Of a stretch of DNA of 27,127 bases, positions 18,211 to 27,127 are shown piece by piece. This stretch comes from a virus (lineage: Duplodnaviria > Caudoviricetes), in the IMG/VR virus record IMGVR_UViG_3300009684_000146, positions 1 to 27,127 of that record. The stretch is one strand, 5' to 3'. Both the position numbers and the translations under genes were made by a program. Below the pieces are notes generated by a model, which made no database searches, was not told where the DNA came from, and worked only from the letters and a program-made list of their open reading frames with translations. Position 1 is the first letter of the stretch. Every line of letters begins with the position of its first letter.

Positions 18211-18504
18211 TTAAGCTAATGCTACAGTAGAAATAGCTATACCACTTGGCAATGTTGGTGCAATAAATTGCAAAGGTGCAGCGTTTGGCTTTTGTACAGC
18301 GATAATTGCATCAATGATTGATTGTACTGTTGCAAAAGTTGTATCACTTGTGTGAGTGATTGTAAGAAGGTCAGAAGCAGTACTACCCGCAGTATACGCA
18401 ATCGTAACAGTTGTGTTAGAAGCTTTAGAAACTAAGCCAATGCCGTCAGTTCCGATCAATACCGTTCCGGTAGTTGATGCCTCGATTTTTAAAAATTTGT
18501 TCAT
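18211..18504 (-). CDS. Small Thr/Ala-rich putative structural protein (97 aa; start revised to ATG 18504)
   Basis: MNKFLKIEASTTGTVLIG... The TTG start at 18516 in the ORF track is part of the promoter motif. The gene is flanked by its own promoter and terminator. Confidence 0.7.
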   Translation of the reverse strand: MNKFLKIEASTTGTVLIGTDGIGLVSKASNTTVTIAYTAGSTASDLLTITHTSDTTFATVQSIIDAIIAVQKPNAAPLQFIAPTLPSGIAISTVALA

Positions 18505-18513
18505 AATTGTATG

Positions 18514-18521
18514 CAAATATA
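18514..18521 (-). promoter_or_regulatory. Bacteroidota -7 promoter element TATATTTG
   Basis: TATATTTG-CATACAATT-ATG in the intergenic region. Confidence 0.7.
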
Positions 18522-18525
18522 ATAA

Positions 18526-19272
18526 TTATTCTTGACTAATCCTGTTAAGGCTCTCTTCTACTTCAATACCTTCTTGGGTTTTGAAATATGCTGCCATCGC
18601 GTTGATTGGCTCTTCCCCTAAAGGAACGCTCATCATTTTACGCTTATTGTCTTTAAGGTTAAAGAAGATGTCTCTTTGTGCATTTCTAAACTGCAAATAA
18701 CCCATCTCAATATACTTAGCTGCCTTGTTTCGTAATTGTAAGTCAGAGTCGTCAATCATCTCTAAGAACTCTTCTGGATTGTTTTTAGCATATACCATAA
18801 TATCTCTTCTGATTTCTTGCGATGTCATGTTTTCTACACGAGAACCAATCATCACACGCAATACTGCCATTGCTGTATCAATGCTAATTTCTCTTGCTGC
18901 AATTTGCGCATCAAGTTCAAAGTTTAAGTACTCAAGATTTTCAGTAGCTTCTTTTTCTGGATCAAACTCTTCAAAAATATCTCCTTTTGATGGATGTAAA
19001 TCTAAAAACTTTTGTAATACAGGATTGTTTTTTTGGACAACCAATGCGCCATCTTCAAATACAATTGGCTCTAAGATGTAGTTACCATCCTGTTCGTCCT
19101 CAAAAGGAGACTTTTGGTTTCTGGCATATCTTAACGCTCTATTGGTATTTGTTTCCTCATCGAAGTGTAATAAAGGAAAACGCTTGGTGTTGCGAGAAGG
19201 CAACATAAATGATAATGGAGGTGATCCGTCCTTCAGAACGTACACTCTGTCTTTGATTTCTGGTTTTTTCAT
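18526..19272 (-). CDS. Hypothetical protein downstream of the major capsid gene (248 aa, probably virion-associated)
   Basis: Long ORF with RALRYARNQKSPFEDEQ, IVFEDGAL and LQKFLDLHP motifs; position right after MCP. Confidence 0.6.
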   Translation of the reverse strand: MKKPEIKDRVYVLKDGSPPLSFMLPSRNTKRFPLLHFDEETNTNRALRYARNQKSPFEDEQDGNYILEPIVFEDGALVVQKNNPVLQKFLDLHPSKGDIFEEFDPEKEATENLEYLNFELDAQIAAREISIDTAMAVLRVMIGSRVENMTSQEIRRDIMVYAKNNPEEFLEMIDDSDLQLRNKAAKYIEMGYLQFRNAQRDIFFNLKDNKRKMMSVPLGEEPINAMAAYFKTQEGIEVEESLNRISQE

Positions 19273-19292
19273 TTGATTAAAATTTTACATTG

Positions 19293-19300
19293 CAAATATA
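19293..19300 (-). promoter_or_regulatory. Bacteroidota -7 promoter element TATATTTG
   Basis: TATATTTGCA immediately after the MCP terminator, 20 nt before the ATG at 19272. Confidence 0.7.
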
Positions 19301-19303
19301 AAC

Positions 19304-19332
19304 AAAAAAAAGTGGGGCTATTAACCCCACTT
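19304..19332 (-). terminator. Rho-independent terminator after the major capsid gene
   Basis: AAGTGGGG-TTAATAG-CCCCACTT hairpin followed by a T run. Confidence 0.85.
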
Positions 19333-19356
19333 AATTTATTGATTGCTAATTACTTA

Positions 19357-20757
19357 TTAGTTACGGAATAAGAAGAAGTTGTTAGCTCCCAAGGTGCACA
19401 ATGCACGCTCAGACAAGAAATGAACTTGCATAGCATCCAAGTCACTAGTAGTTGCACCACCGGCAGAACCAGTAATCCAAGTTTTGTAACGACGATCTTC
19501 AGTTTCGCTAGCTCTATAACGAACGTGCAAGAATGGACGTTTAGCGTTCTTACCTAACACTTGATCATAAACGCTAGTAGAACCTGCTGGTACTAATACA
19601 CCGTTTACAACACCACCATTAATACCACCACGTAAAGTAGCGTCATTAAGATATTTCCAGTCAGTTTTGTAGAACTCATAGCTACCACGTTTGAAGCCTT
19701 TGAAGCCCAAAGTTAATGCCATATTCTCGTCATTGTCAAACAAACCAAAGCTTGTTCCACCTGCACCGTAGCTGTTTTGAGCAGCCAACATATCATCAAT
19801 ATCCAAAGAGAATTGACGATTGATGAATAATGCGTTTTCTTGGATAGCTCCTTGTTTGTCAAGACGTTGCAAGATAGCATCGAAGTCAGCTAATGCAGTT
19901 GGGTTTCCACCGCCCCATACGTTACCACGGCTATTAACAACGTAGAACAAACCTTCAGAACCCTTGTTTCCAACGTCACCAGTAACTGCGATAGCTCCAG
20001 AAGAAGCTTCAGCAGGAACTGCTTCAACCATAGACATCTCTAAGTAGTCATCAAAACGTAAACGAGTTTCGTGCTCTGATTTCAAATACCACAAGTAACC
20101 TGTAGCACCGTTCTCAGTAGTAACTTCTACCCATCCGATTTGAGCCATGTCAGAACCAGAAACTTCATATTTGTCTTTGATAATGATTGGGCTGTTAGAG
20201 AAGATATCATCTTGCCCTTCCAAAGAACCAGTCATACCATTAGAACCTTTTTTGAATTCAGAACCGTAAACAAATGCACTAGATGCAGTTGATACAGGAA
20301 TTTGTTGTCCAGCAGCAGCATAATATGCTACAGTGAAAGTTAATCCACTTACAGCAGTGATGATTGCTTTGTCACTTGCTGTTCCACCTGCGTTACGAGA
20401 TAAGAAAACAGTTTGACCTACTCTGAAGTTACAAGCAGTAATACCTGAATCTGCAACAGTCCAAGTAGCAGTAGCGGAACCAGCAGCAGCACCAGAAGTA
20501 CAACTAGAGTACTTTGTATGCAAACGACCTTGTTCAGCCCATTTGATTAAGTCGGAGTTACTTGGCATCTCCGCACCGACCATGCGTAAGAAAGATGCAA
20601 TTGAACGATTACCATATCTTTCAAATTCTTTTTCGTAAGTATCAGGAAGATACTGGTTCAAGAAGTTGAAGTTGGTAATATAGTTAGTAGGCAATGTTGC
20701 CTTTACTGATGAGGGGGTTAATGCGAAACCCGGACTCGATAATACTGAACCAGCCAT
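19357..20757 (-). CDS. Major capsid protein (466 aa, HK97-fold expected)
   Basis: Follows the portal and scaffold genes, has a nearly pure-A leader and a downstream terminator. Motifs IKWAEQGRLH, VYGSEFKKG, PIIIKDKYEVSGSD, GSEGLF and FLSERALCTLGANNF are typical of Bacteroidota podovirus / crAss-related MCPs. Confidence 0.88.
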   Translation of the reverse strand: MAGSVLSSPGFALTPSSVKATLPTNYITNFNFLNQYLPDTYEKEFERYGNRSIASFLRMVGAEMPSNSDLIKWAEQGRLHTKYSSCTSGAAAGSATATWTVADSGITACNFRVGQTVFLSRNAGGTASDKAIITAVSGLTFTVAYYAAAGQQIPVSTASSAFVYGSEFKKGSNGMTGSLEGQDDIFSNSPIIIKDKYEVSGSDMAQIGWVEVTTENGATGYLWYLKSEHETRLRFDDYLEMSMVEAVPAEASSGAIAVTGDVGNKGSEGLFYVVNSRGNVWGGGNPTALADFDAILQRLDKQGAIQENALFINRQFSLDIDDMLAAQNSYGAGGTSFGLFDNDENMALTLGFKGFKRGSYEFYKTDWKYLNDATLRGGINGGVVNGVLVPAGSTSVYDQVLGKNAKRPFLHVRYRASETEDRRYKTWITGSAGGATTSDLDAMQVHFLSERALCTLGANNFFLFRN

Positions 20758-20781
20758 ATTTTTTTATTTTTTGTTTTTTTT

Positions 20782-21882
20782 TTATTTTTTGTTGCTTTTT
20801 ATAACTAATCTGTTGCCATGGTCATTGTCAAGAGAAGTTACCTTAAATCCACCTTTGCCCATATTTTCTGGTACGGATCTTACACCTCCCATATCTATGT
20901 TCTTTGATTCCTTTGCGATTGTCTCTACTGCCTCAGATTTTCCCTGATCGTAGAAATATTTTGCAAAGCCCTCCGGATTTCTGGCAACTGCTATCGCCCT
21001 ATGATACGCAGCCGGATCTTTCATAAAACCGTTGTCATCTAAGAATGTCTTGATAAACTCGGTCAAATTAGATTGATCCTTCTTAATCGCTTCTGTCTCA
21101 CCTGGTTTGTAAACAAATTCGTTATCTCCAACTTTAAATCCAAAACCTTTGAATTCATTAGAGAATAACTCGTCAGTTTTCTTGGCGAAATATTCAGCTC
21201 TTTCTCTCTGCGCCTGTTCAACTTCTTTGGCACTCTGGGCATATTGCTTAAAAGCGTTGTACTGCTCTTTTTCTTCATCTGGAATCCCAGCACCTCTTGA
21301 CTCAAGAGGAACTTTGTATTGGTCCTTCAGTTTGTTAAAGTAGTCCTTCGCTTTTGTAAGCTCTTGTTTGTGTGCTATTCGTTTCTTCTTAATATCCCTT
21401 TCATCGTCCATGTCTTCATCGTATTGAAATTTATTCTCAATTTCAAATGAGACTTCATCATCGTCAAGGTCAGGGTTATTTTGCTTGTAATAATCGAATA
21501 GCAACTTATTTGGGTCTTCGTTATCAACGTCTCTGTTTATTTTTAAGAAATCGTTAATGCCTCGACCTGTTTCCTTTTTGAACTTTAAAAACGCTGAGAC
21601 ATCCTCTGGTAACTCTTCACTTTGATTTCTCTCTTGAAGCAAGTCATCCAAAGTATTAATCTCTTTGTTATACCTATTCTTAATAAAGGACAGAACGTCA
21701 TTCTCTTCAAGTTCCCTTTGCTGTGCTTCTGGCACAACTATTGGCTCTTCAATTCTAACAGGCTCTTCTACCTGTTCTGTTGGGTGCTGTTCTTCGTGCT
21801 TGGCTAGTAACTCCTGTTCAATTTCTTGAACAGATTTTTCTTCACCGAAACTCACAGCTTTTACTGATGTGAAATTCTCCAT
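20782..21882 (-). CDS. Acidic scaffold-like capsid assembly protein (366 aa)
   Basis: Glu/Asp-rich and helical, located between portal and MCP; AKYFYDQGK near the C-terminus and a basic tail. Confidence 0.65.
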   Translation of the reverse strand: MENFTSVKAVSFGEEKSVQEIEQELLAKHEEQHPTEQVEEPVRIEEPIVVPEAQQRELEENDVLSFIKNRYNKEINTLDDLLQERNQSEELPEDVSAFLKFKKETGRGINDFLKINRDVDNEDPNKLLFDYYKQNNPDLDDDEVSFEIENKFQYDEDMDDERDIKKKRIAHKQELTKAKDYFNKLKDQYKVPLESRGAGIPDEEKEQYNAFKQYAQSAKEVEQAQRERAEYFAKKTDELFSNEFKGFGFKVGDNEFVYKPGETEAIKKDQSNLTEFIKTFLDDNGFMKDPAAYHRAIAVARNPEGFAKYFYDQGKSEAVETIAKESKNIDMGGVRSVPENMGKGGFKVTSLDNDHGNRLVIKSNKK

Positions 21883-21909
21883 ATATTTTATTTGATTAAT
21901 TTTTCGCTA

Positions 21910-21917
21910 CAAAAATA
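21910..21917 (-). promoter_or_regulatory. Bacteroidota -7 promoter element TATTTTTG
   Basis: TAnnTTTG match in the 42-nt portal-scaffold intergenic region. Confidence 0.6.
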
Positions 21918-21924
21918 GTGATTT

Positions 21925-24357
21925 TTATTTTTGTTCAAATTGAGCCAAATCAAAACCATCTAAAGAGTCTTCGCTTGATTCAAAATCAATGGCTGGCAAG
22001 TCTTTCTTACGCTGCTCAATTAACTTTGATTGGTGTGTGCTTTGGATGTCAATACGCTTATCCTTCGCCATTTCCTTCTCTTGGTCAATTGTCTTTGCAG
22101 CATTAACTTCTAAACCCTTCAATTGCATATTCATCTCAAACTCCATTTGCATTAACTGCATTTTAAGTTGAGCCTCTTGCTTCATCTTCTCGATATCAAA
22201 TGCTGACTCAGCTTGCTTTAATTGCGCCTTAGCTTGGAATTCTGCCTGAACCTTTTGTAAGCTCGCTTGTGCTGCTGCCTGAGAAGATTGGATATTAGAC
22301 TGCGTTTGCATCTCCATCTTTTGTTTCTCACGGTCCATGTCCTGCTCTTGTTTCTTTCTGCGCTTTAATTTCAAAAGCTCATTTGCTAATTTAATATTGC
22401 GAATCTCGCGAATATCAATAGCGTCTTCAAGATCAATCTGGTCACGTTGTAACGACGCTTGGATGTTAGCCTCAAGCTGAGACTTCTCCTCTTCGTCCGG
22501 AGATACTTCAATAAAGATACCAAAATCATGTAAGTATAAATCTTTTACGTCTTCTAATACACCAACATTGTACTTACCAATTTGGTTTATAAACTCTTCT
22601 TTAAACTCTGAATACTCAAGAACGTCAGATATACGGCAAGATAATGCCTCAGCCAATCTCTTCGTAATGAACAATGTTCCGTCTAAGATATGCCTTGTTG
22701 CTGTGTTTGAATTAAGCGCAGCCAACTTCTGTACACCAACCAACGATCTTGGATCAGGCATAGAGCCATCTCTCGCCTCGTTTAAGCCAGTTACGTCCCT
22801 AATCATACTCAAGTAGTGGTTGTACGAATTAATCAACGCTGTGATCTTTCCTTGGCCGCTATTTGAGTTTAGCTCTTGAATTGGAATCTTTCCTTGGTTG
22901 AACTCGCCATCTTGATTGTAAGAACGACCAATTACACTACCTGTTTGGAAGTATAACTTAAGTGCATCTTCTGGGTTGTAGTTTGCACCATTACCCAAGT
23001 CAACCTCGTTAACACCATCGGCATCAATGTATACACCATCTGGCACAACCTTAGCAATAACCTGTTGTAATTTAAGATGTGTAATTTGAATCAAATCAGC
23101 AAACGTAATCATACGCTTAACCAATGATTCAATCACACCTTTGTACATTCTTGGGGCCATTGCGATATAGTTAGGCAAAGCATACTGCGTAGCAGACTTT
23201 GGTCTAACCATGTTCTTACTGAGTTCCCATTTAAGCAAATAGCTTGAGCCTAACACCATGACACCTTCGTACCATACGTCAATTCTCTTTTCTATTTTTT
23301 CAAATCTTTCGTCAGTCCCAGTTGGTGGGTTAAAGTTTTCATCCTTTCGAATGACACGAGTACCACCATTATCCAAAAACTTCTTCTTGTAGACAAATTT
23401 CTTATCGGTTTTATAATTGAAATATAATAATGTTACGACATCTCTGTCGAACAATGTGTTCCTGTATGGTCTAATAATATTGTACTGAGTGAACCAGATA
23501 CTACTTAACTTAGATATTTTGTCAAGCTCCTCTTTTGTAATGGTCGGGTCAATTTTAATCAACTCACCAATATGAACTTGCTTGATCTCTCCATAGTAGA
23601 AGCAGTCATCAAATGTTGGAGACTCTGTGTATGAATAAACAACAGACGCAGGGTCAACATACTCAACCCTAATTCCGGCCCCTGCCTGGAACGTATGTTT
23701 AACCATACCAATACCCAAGACAGTCATGTCATAATCAACACGTCTTTTAATTTCTTGATATCTGTTCTGTTCAAATAATGTATCAATCGCAATTTCTTCA
23801 GCAATCTCAATAGCAGGCTTGTAGTTAAGTTGCATATGAAGGTTAAGCTCTTGATCATTCTCTGGCAAATCTTTAGGATTTGTATTGAAGGCATTGATAC
23901 CAAATTGTTCTTGCGTTTGCACTAAGAAATCTTTTGCTACCATGTCCTTTTCAATCATCTCTTTGTATCCTGAACGCTTGCCGGCAGCTAACTCATCTTG
24001 AGCAAATGCCTTTACCGCATACATTCTGTCAGACATACCGTTAACAACGATATCGACAAACTTAGGGATAATTGGAACCGGTTCCCAGTTAAGGTTCAAG
24101 TAAGACAAGTCACCGTCAACAGCTAACTCATCCTTGTACTTTTGTACAGGCTGTTCCCCACGGGCGTATAGTCTTAGCTTATGAAACTCAATCCATTGAT
24201 TATAAAAACGACAAGAATTAGTATCTCTTCTGAACCACTCATAAGAGATAGCCCTTCCTACTTTAATACCATATTCCTTGGACGCTTTTTCTGCATCAGT
24301 AGCCAACTGACTCGGAAATGATGTTGGGCTTATTAATTCTTGAGTTGTTTGATCCAT
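21925..24357 (-). CDS. Portal protein (810 aa)
   Basis: Directly follows TerL with a TAATG overlap. Motifs VPIIPKFVDIVVNGM, IRVEYVDP and IRDVTGLNEARDG, plus a long Gln/Glu/Lys coiled-coil C-terminus (P22/crAss-type barrel). Confidence 0.9.
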   Translation of the reverse strand: MDQTTQELISPTSFPSQLATDAEKASKEYGIKVGRAISYEWFRRDTNSCRFYNQWIEFHKLRLYARGEQPVQKYKDELAVDGDLSYLNLNWEPVPIIPKFVDIVVNGMSDRMYAVKAFAQDELAAGKRSGYKEMIEKDMVAKDFLVQTQEQFGINAFNTNPKDLPENDQELNLHMQLNYKPAIEIAEEIAIDTLFEQNRYQEIKRRVDYDMTVLGIGMVKHTFQAGAGIRVEYVDPASVVYSYTESPTFDDCFYYGEIKQVHIGELIKIDPTITKEELDKISKLSSIWFTQYNIIRPYRNTLFDRDVVTLLYFNYKTDKKFVYKKKFLDNGGTRVIRKDENFNPPTGTDERFEKIEKRIDVWYEGVMVLGSSYLLKWELSKNMVRPKSATQYALPNYIAMAPRMYKGVIESLVKRMITFADLIQITHLKLQQVIAKVVPDGVYIDADGVNEVDLGNGANYNPEDALKLYFQTGSVIGRSYNQDGEFNQGKIPIQELNSNSGQGKITALINSYNHYLSMIRDVTGLNEARDGSMPDPRSLVGVQKLAALNSNTATRHILDGTLFITKRLAEALSCRISDVLEYSEFKEEFINQIGKYNVGVLEDVKDLYLHDFGIFIEVSPDEEEKSQLEANIQASLQRDQIDLEDAIDIREIRNIKLANELLKLKRRKKQEQDMDREKQKMEMQTQSNIQSSQAAAQASLQKVQAEFQAKAQLKQAESAFDIEKMKQEAQLKMQLMQMEFEMNMQLKGLEVNAAKTIDQEKEMAKDKRIDIQSTHQSKLIEQRKKDLPAIDFESSEDSLDGFDLAQFEQK

Positions 24358-26570
24358 TATTTGTCTATTATCCTGCTATTATACCCTTCATTCTGGTATC
24401 TCGCAAATTTAATGCTTATTTTTGATTCTTTTTTTTCTGGCACATATAAGTGCTTTTGGTTTGCCATTATCGCTAAACCACTGCTAATTGTTGCATCAAA
24501 TTTAGTTCTATTATTGATATCAAACCTTGCCCAATCCTCAAGTGTTCTTGTAAAATACATCGATCCCATCTCGTCAGAATCTCTATAAACATTCTCAAAG
24601 TCTATACCAACGTGCTTCTCAATATATGTCTCAATAGCGGACGCGTGTGCTTGCTTTACGTCCTCAGATGAGTTAGGTATTCCCCCGATCTCTTTCTCTG
24701 TCTTAGAGAGCTTGTGTGTGGGCTTATCTGGTCTATTCAATGCAAAGTTTCTGTACCCTCTATTCTTAAAATGATATAATAGTCTTTGTTTGTTATTTTC
24801 CACAAGCACCGGCATACCATAGAACACACACGCCATCAATACCTCTTCAAAGAATATCTCTGCCGTCTGTGGCCTTGCCACGTACTCTAAGAAGAACTGG
24901 TTGCTTGGCGCATCTTCCATGCTGAACTTTGTCATACCATGGAGAGATCCGTTAGATCCACCGCCACCCACAACACCTGAGATGTCATAAGGGTCACATC
25001 CAAACGCGCCAAGGTGCTCATTACCAGGATAGAACAAACTACCTCGCTTTATAAAGTTATTTCTTAAGTTCTCTGGTGGAACCCATGACACAAGGAACCG
25101 GCCCTTATTGTCTGGCGTCCAAACAACTTGGCTGTCCTTCACACCGTCCTTCCAATGGAAGTAACCTCTTGTAAGGACCCTGTCCTTAATCAATGAGTCA
25201 TTGTAATCAATCTGCTGATATATCTTCGTAAGATTAAACAAAGATGCCTTACTCTCATCCCTGAACGCGTGTGACTCTGTGCGTGGGAACTGCCTGTAAA
25301 ATTCGTTCAATGAGTCTGAGTCGCTCTTCAAAGACGCAACCTCATTATTCCAATACTCAATTACACCAATCTTAATCATTCTGCCATCAATACCCTTAAT
25401 AGGCTTAGATGGCGTATTAAACACTGGGTGACCATACTCGTCAATATACCCTTCAAAGTTCCATTCCATTGGGATAAATAATGAATACAGGCCACTCTTG
25501 GTTTGCCCGTTCTCATTCTTCTTCCTTGGATCAGAGTCCTCGTATAATTTCTTAAAGTTAGAACCACCCTTGTCAAGCGCATTCGATGTAGAACCCATCA
25601 TACACTTACCAATGATCCTACTACCCAAACGCAAACACGTCTTGGTTACACGCCAGTTATTTTGTATGTTATTAGGTGCAAGCCATTTTCCGCTCTCATC
25701 TTGAATGAGCATCCGTAATTTTTCTCCGTCATAACTGTTGTCACCTGTGTTCTTCCAGTCAATTGTGGTATTAAGACCCTCTAAGTGATCCTCCTCAGCT
25801 TTTGCAATACTCTTTCTTGTGAACTTAGATGCCGGAACACGATACGCAAGCTCAGTCTTTGGCTTGTCCATACCATCTTGTATTGGCTTAAAAAAGAATG
25901 GATAGCTCAAAGATATATTCACGACCTTGTCTGTAAACATTTTCTTTGCATCATCTCCCGTCTTTGATAAGATACCAAACCTGGCATCCTTTGTGATTGT
26001 CGCTTGGTTGACCATCTCAGAGCTACTCATAAATGAGAAACCTGAACGTCTATTCTTTAGATAGCACATACCAAAGCACCTATCGTCAGCCTTGCAAGCC
26101 TCCCAGAATATAAAGAATATCCTGTTACTTTCACGGAAATCAGGTAGACCAACGTCTATCTTGCTCCATTGCAAGTACATATAGTGTGTGCCGGTGATAT
26201 ATGTCGGGATACTATTATTAATAAACCAGAAGCCATTATCTCTACGATTGAATTCTTGATCTATGTAATCATCCCATTTAGCTTTAAACTTATTGTCAGT
26301 CCTATCCCAATCAAAGATTGTCTTAATCCTTTGTAATTCTTTAGGATAATCAACGACCTCCCAGTGATTACTTCTATTCTCAACCTGTTCAGGCTTAGCC
26401 GGCAAGGCTATATTAACACCATTAATGTTATATATCTCACCGATGGTTCCATCCTTAGATATAATGACAACATCATATTTATCATTGTGGCCATACTTCC
26501 AGCTATTTGTAAGGTTACCTTTCTCGATAACCTTCGCACTAATAATATCTTTCTCAATTGTGTATAGCAT
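24357..26570 (-). CDS. terL: Terminase large subunit (737 aa)
   Basis: Walker A-like LKNRRSGFS, Walker B LIQDESGK, motif III GSTSN, and RNase H-like nuclease motifs FGCDPYD, VLVENN and FDATISSG. Confidence 0.93.
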   Translation of the reverse strand: MLYTIEKDIISAKVIEKGNLTNSWKYGHNDKYDVVIISKDGTIGEIYNINGVNIALPAKPEQVENRSNHWEVVDYPKELQRIKTIFDWDRTDNKFKAKWDDYIDQEFNRRDNGFWFINNSIPTYITGTHYMYLQWSKIDVGLPDFRESNRIFFIFWEACKADDRCFGMCYLKNRRSGFSFMSSSEMVNQATITKDARFGILSKTGDDAKKMFTDKVVNISLSYPFFFKPIQDGMDKPKTELAYRVPASKFTRKSIAKAEEDHLEGLNTTIDWKNTGDNSYDGEKLRMLIQDESGKWLAPNNIQNNWRVTKTCLRLGSRIIGKCMMGSTSNALDKGGSNFKKLYEDSDPRKKNENGQTKSGLYSLFIPMEWNFEGYIDEYGHPVFNTPSKPIKGIDGRMIKIGVIEYWNNEVASLKSDSDSLNEFYRQFPRTESHAFRDESKASLFNLTKIYQQIDYNDSLIKDRVLTRGYFHWKDGVKDSQVVWTPDNKGRFLVSWVPPENLRNNFIKRGSLFYPGNEHLGAFGCDPYDISGVVGGGGSNGSLHGMTKFSMEDAPSNQFFLEYVARPQTAEIFFEEVLMACVFYGMPVLVENNKQRLLYHFKNRGYRNFALNRPDKPTHKLSKTEKEIGGIPNSSEDVKQAHASAIETYIEKHVGIDFENVYRDSDEMGSMYFTRTLEDWARFDINNRTKFDATISSGLAIMANQKHLYVPEKKESKISIKFARYQNEGYNSRIIDK
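24404..24411 (-). promoter_or_regulatory. Candidate -7 promoter element TAAATTTG inside the TerL 3' end
   Basis: TAAATTTGCG, 46 nt upstream of the portal ATG. Confidence 0.4.
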
Positions 26571-26839
26571 TATTTGCCCCTTCTCTCAGCAAAGCCACCT
26601 TTTTTCTCTTGGATGTGAACATTACCTGTGATCATGTTGCGCTCTTCTTCTATCCTTGATAGAATCTCGAACGCATCAAAGATAGCCAACTTCTTTGTAG
26701 CTGCCGCATTTTTTAATTTGTCAGCAGATACATCACCCTCATCACCTGTCAAGATTTGCTCTTCAGCAACCTTAATAAGTTCTTTGATAGCCATTTCTCC
26801 TGCCTTGATTATTTTTAATTTATATTCTTCAGTTGTCAT
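26570..26839 (-). CDS. Small helical protein upstream of TerL, candidate terminase small subunit (89 aa; start revised to ATG 26839)
   Basis: MTTEEYKLKIIKAG... has an ATGA overlap with the upstream stop and a TAATG overlap with terL. Function is inferred from position only. Confidence 0.55.
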   Translation of the reverse strand: MTTEEYKLKIIKAGEMAIKELIKVAEEQILTGDEGDVSADKLKNAAATKKLAIFDAFEILSRIEEERNMITGNVHIQEKKGGFAERRGK

Positions 26840-27126
26840 AATACAATGCAAATATTTTTCTCAAACATTCTGTACAGTTTTTTTCCGTCAATATCAAACC
26901 TGTACTCTGTGTCAGGCTGGTAAGATACCAAAGCACCAGCAGGGATATTTAATTTATCACTAACGTATACAAGATTTCCAATCAATGGCTGCTCTACGCC
27001 AACCTCAAAAACAGACAGGTCCTTTTGCTTCTCAATTGGCTCCACAAAGCAATAAGGCGAGTGGGCCATCCATACACTATCATTCTTTTTGTATAGGAAG
27101 AACTGATCAAAATCTAAAATGTATAA
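26836..27126 (-). CDS. GroES-like (co-chaperonin-like) protein, 5' end truncated by the window edge
   Basis: The frame stays open to the edge (LYILDFDQFFLYKKNDSVWMAHSPYCFVEPI...). The pattern CFVEP...GNLVYV...GALVSY...EYRFDIDGKKLYRMFEKNI matches the GroES fold signature. Confidence 0.55.
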   Translation of the reverse strand, partial: LYILDFDQFFLYKKNDSVWMAHSPYCFVEPIEKQKDLSVFEVGVEQPLIGNLVYVSDKLNIPAGALVSYQPDTEYRFDIDGKKLYRMFEKNICIVL

Positions 27127-27127
27127 A

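Noticed and set aside
18505-18516. TTG start of the 101-aa ORF given in the track
   Set aside because: The TTG is part of the TATATTTG promoter motif; ATG 18504 is the more plausible start.
6505-25582. Other same-strand alternative-frame ORFs (6505-6708, 11985-12170, 12749-12937, 13758-13970, 21063-21305, 25376-25582)
   Set aside because: They show no motifs or convincing start context, unlike the nested ORF at 2964-3101.
24357-26570. Intein or intron in terminase, portal or capsid genes
   Set aside because: The ORFs are uninterrupted, and no intein splice-junction or homing endonuclease motifs were seen.
158-26963. Numerous 60-118 aa plus-strand ORFs in the track
   Set aside because: All lie antisense to long minus-strand genes and have the Ser/Phe/Leu/Ile-rich composition expected of shadow frames.
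1-27127. Stop-codon reassignment, as seen in some crAss-like clades
   Set aside because: All genes are long and contiguous under the standard code and tile the window tightly, so no recoding is needed.
1-27127. tRNA, rRNA, integrase or transposase
   Set aside because: Intergenic gaps are under about 90 nt and are occupied by terminators and promoters; no such motifs were seen.

Overview
The window is one minus-strand virion morphogenesis module from a podovirus-type tailed phage resembling Crassvirales and related Bacteroidota phages. A Bacteroidota host is inferred from repeated TAnnTTTG -7 promoter motifs and A-rich leaders without Shine-Dalgarno sequences. In transcription order (right to left) it holds: a truncated GroES-like gene, a small helical protein (candidate TerS), large terminase, portal, an acidic scaffold-like protein, major capsid protein, two unknown structural proteins, two ring/tail-tubular proteins, a 2069-aa tail stabilization (muzzle) protein, a DxD glycosyltransferase, the separately encoded muzzle C-terminal part, a GNAT-like protein, two putative ejection proteins, and a giant >1948-aa internal protein that runs off the left edge and is absent from the ORF track. 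The main findings are three. (1) A candidate virion O-glycosylation system: a GT95/GT96-like glycosyltransferase gene sits inside a split muzzle locus, directly behind mucin-like poly-Thr linkers. (2) A 45-aa MPFKSKAQ-type gene is fully nested in the +1 frame of the giant protein gene. (3) An A10 slippery tract near the 5' end of the giant gene could give a 90-aa isoform with a basic/aromatic tail. Product calls come from motif recognition and gene order only; no searches were run.
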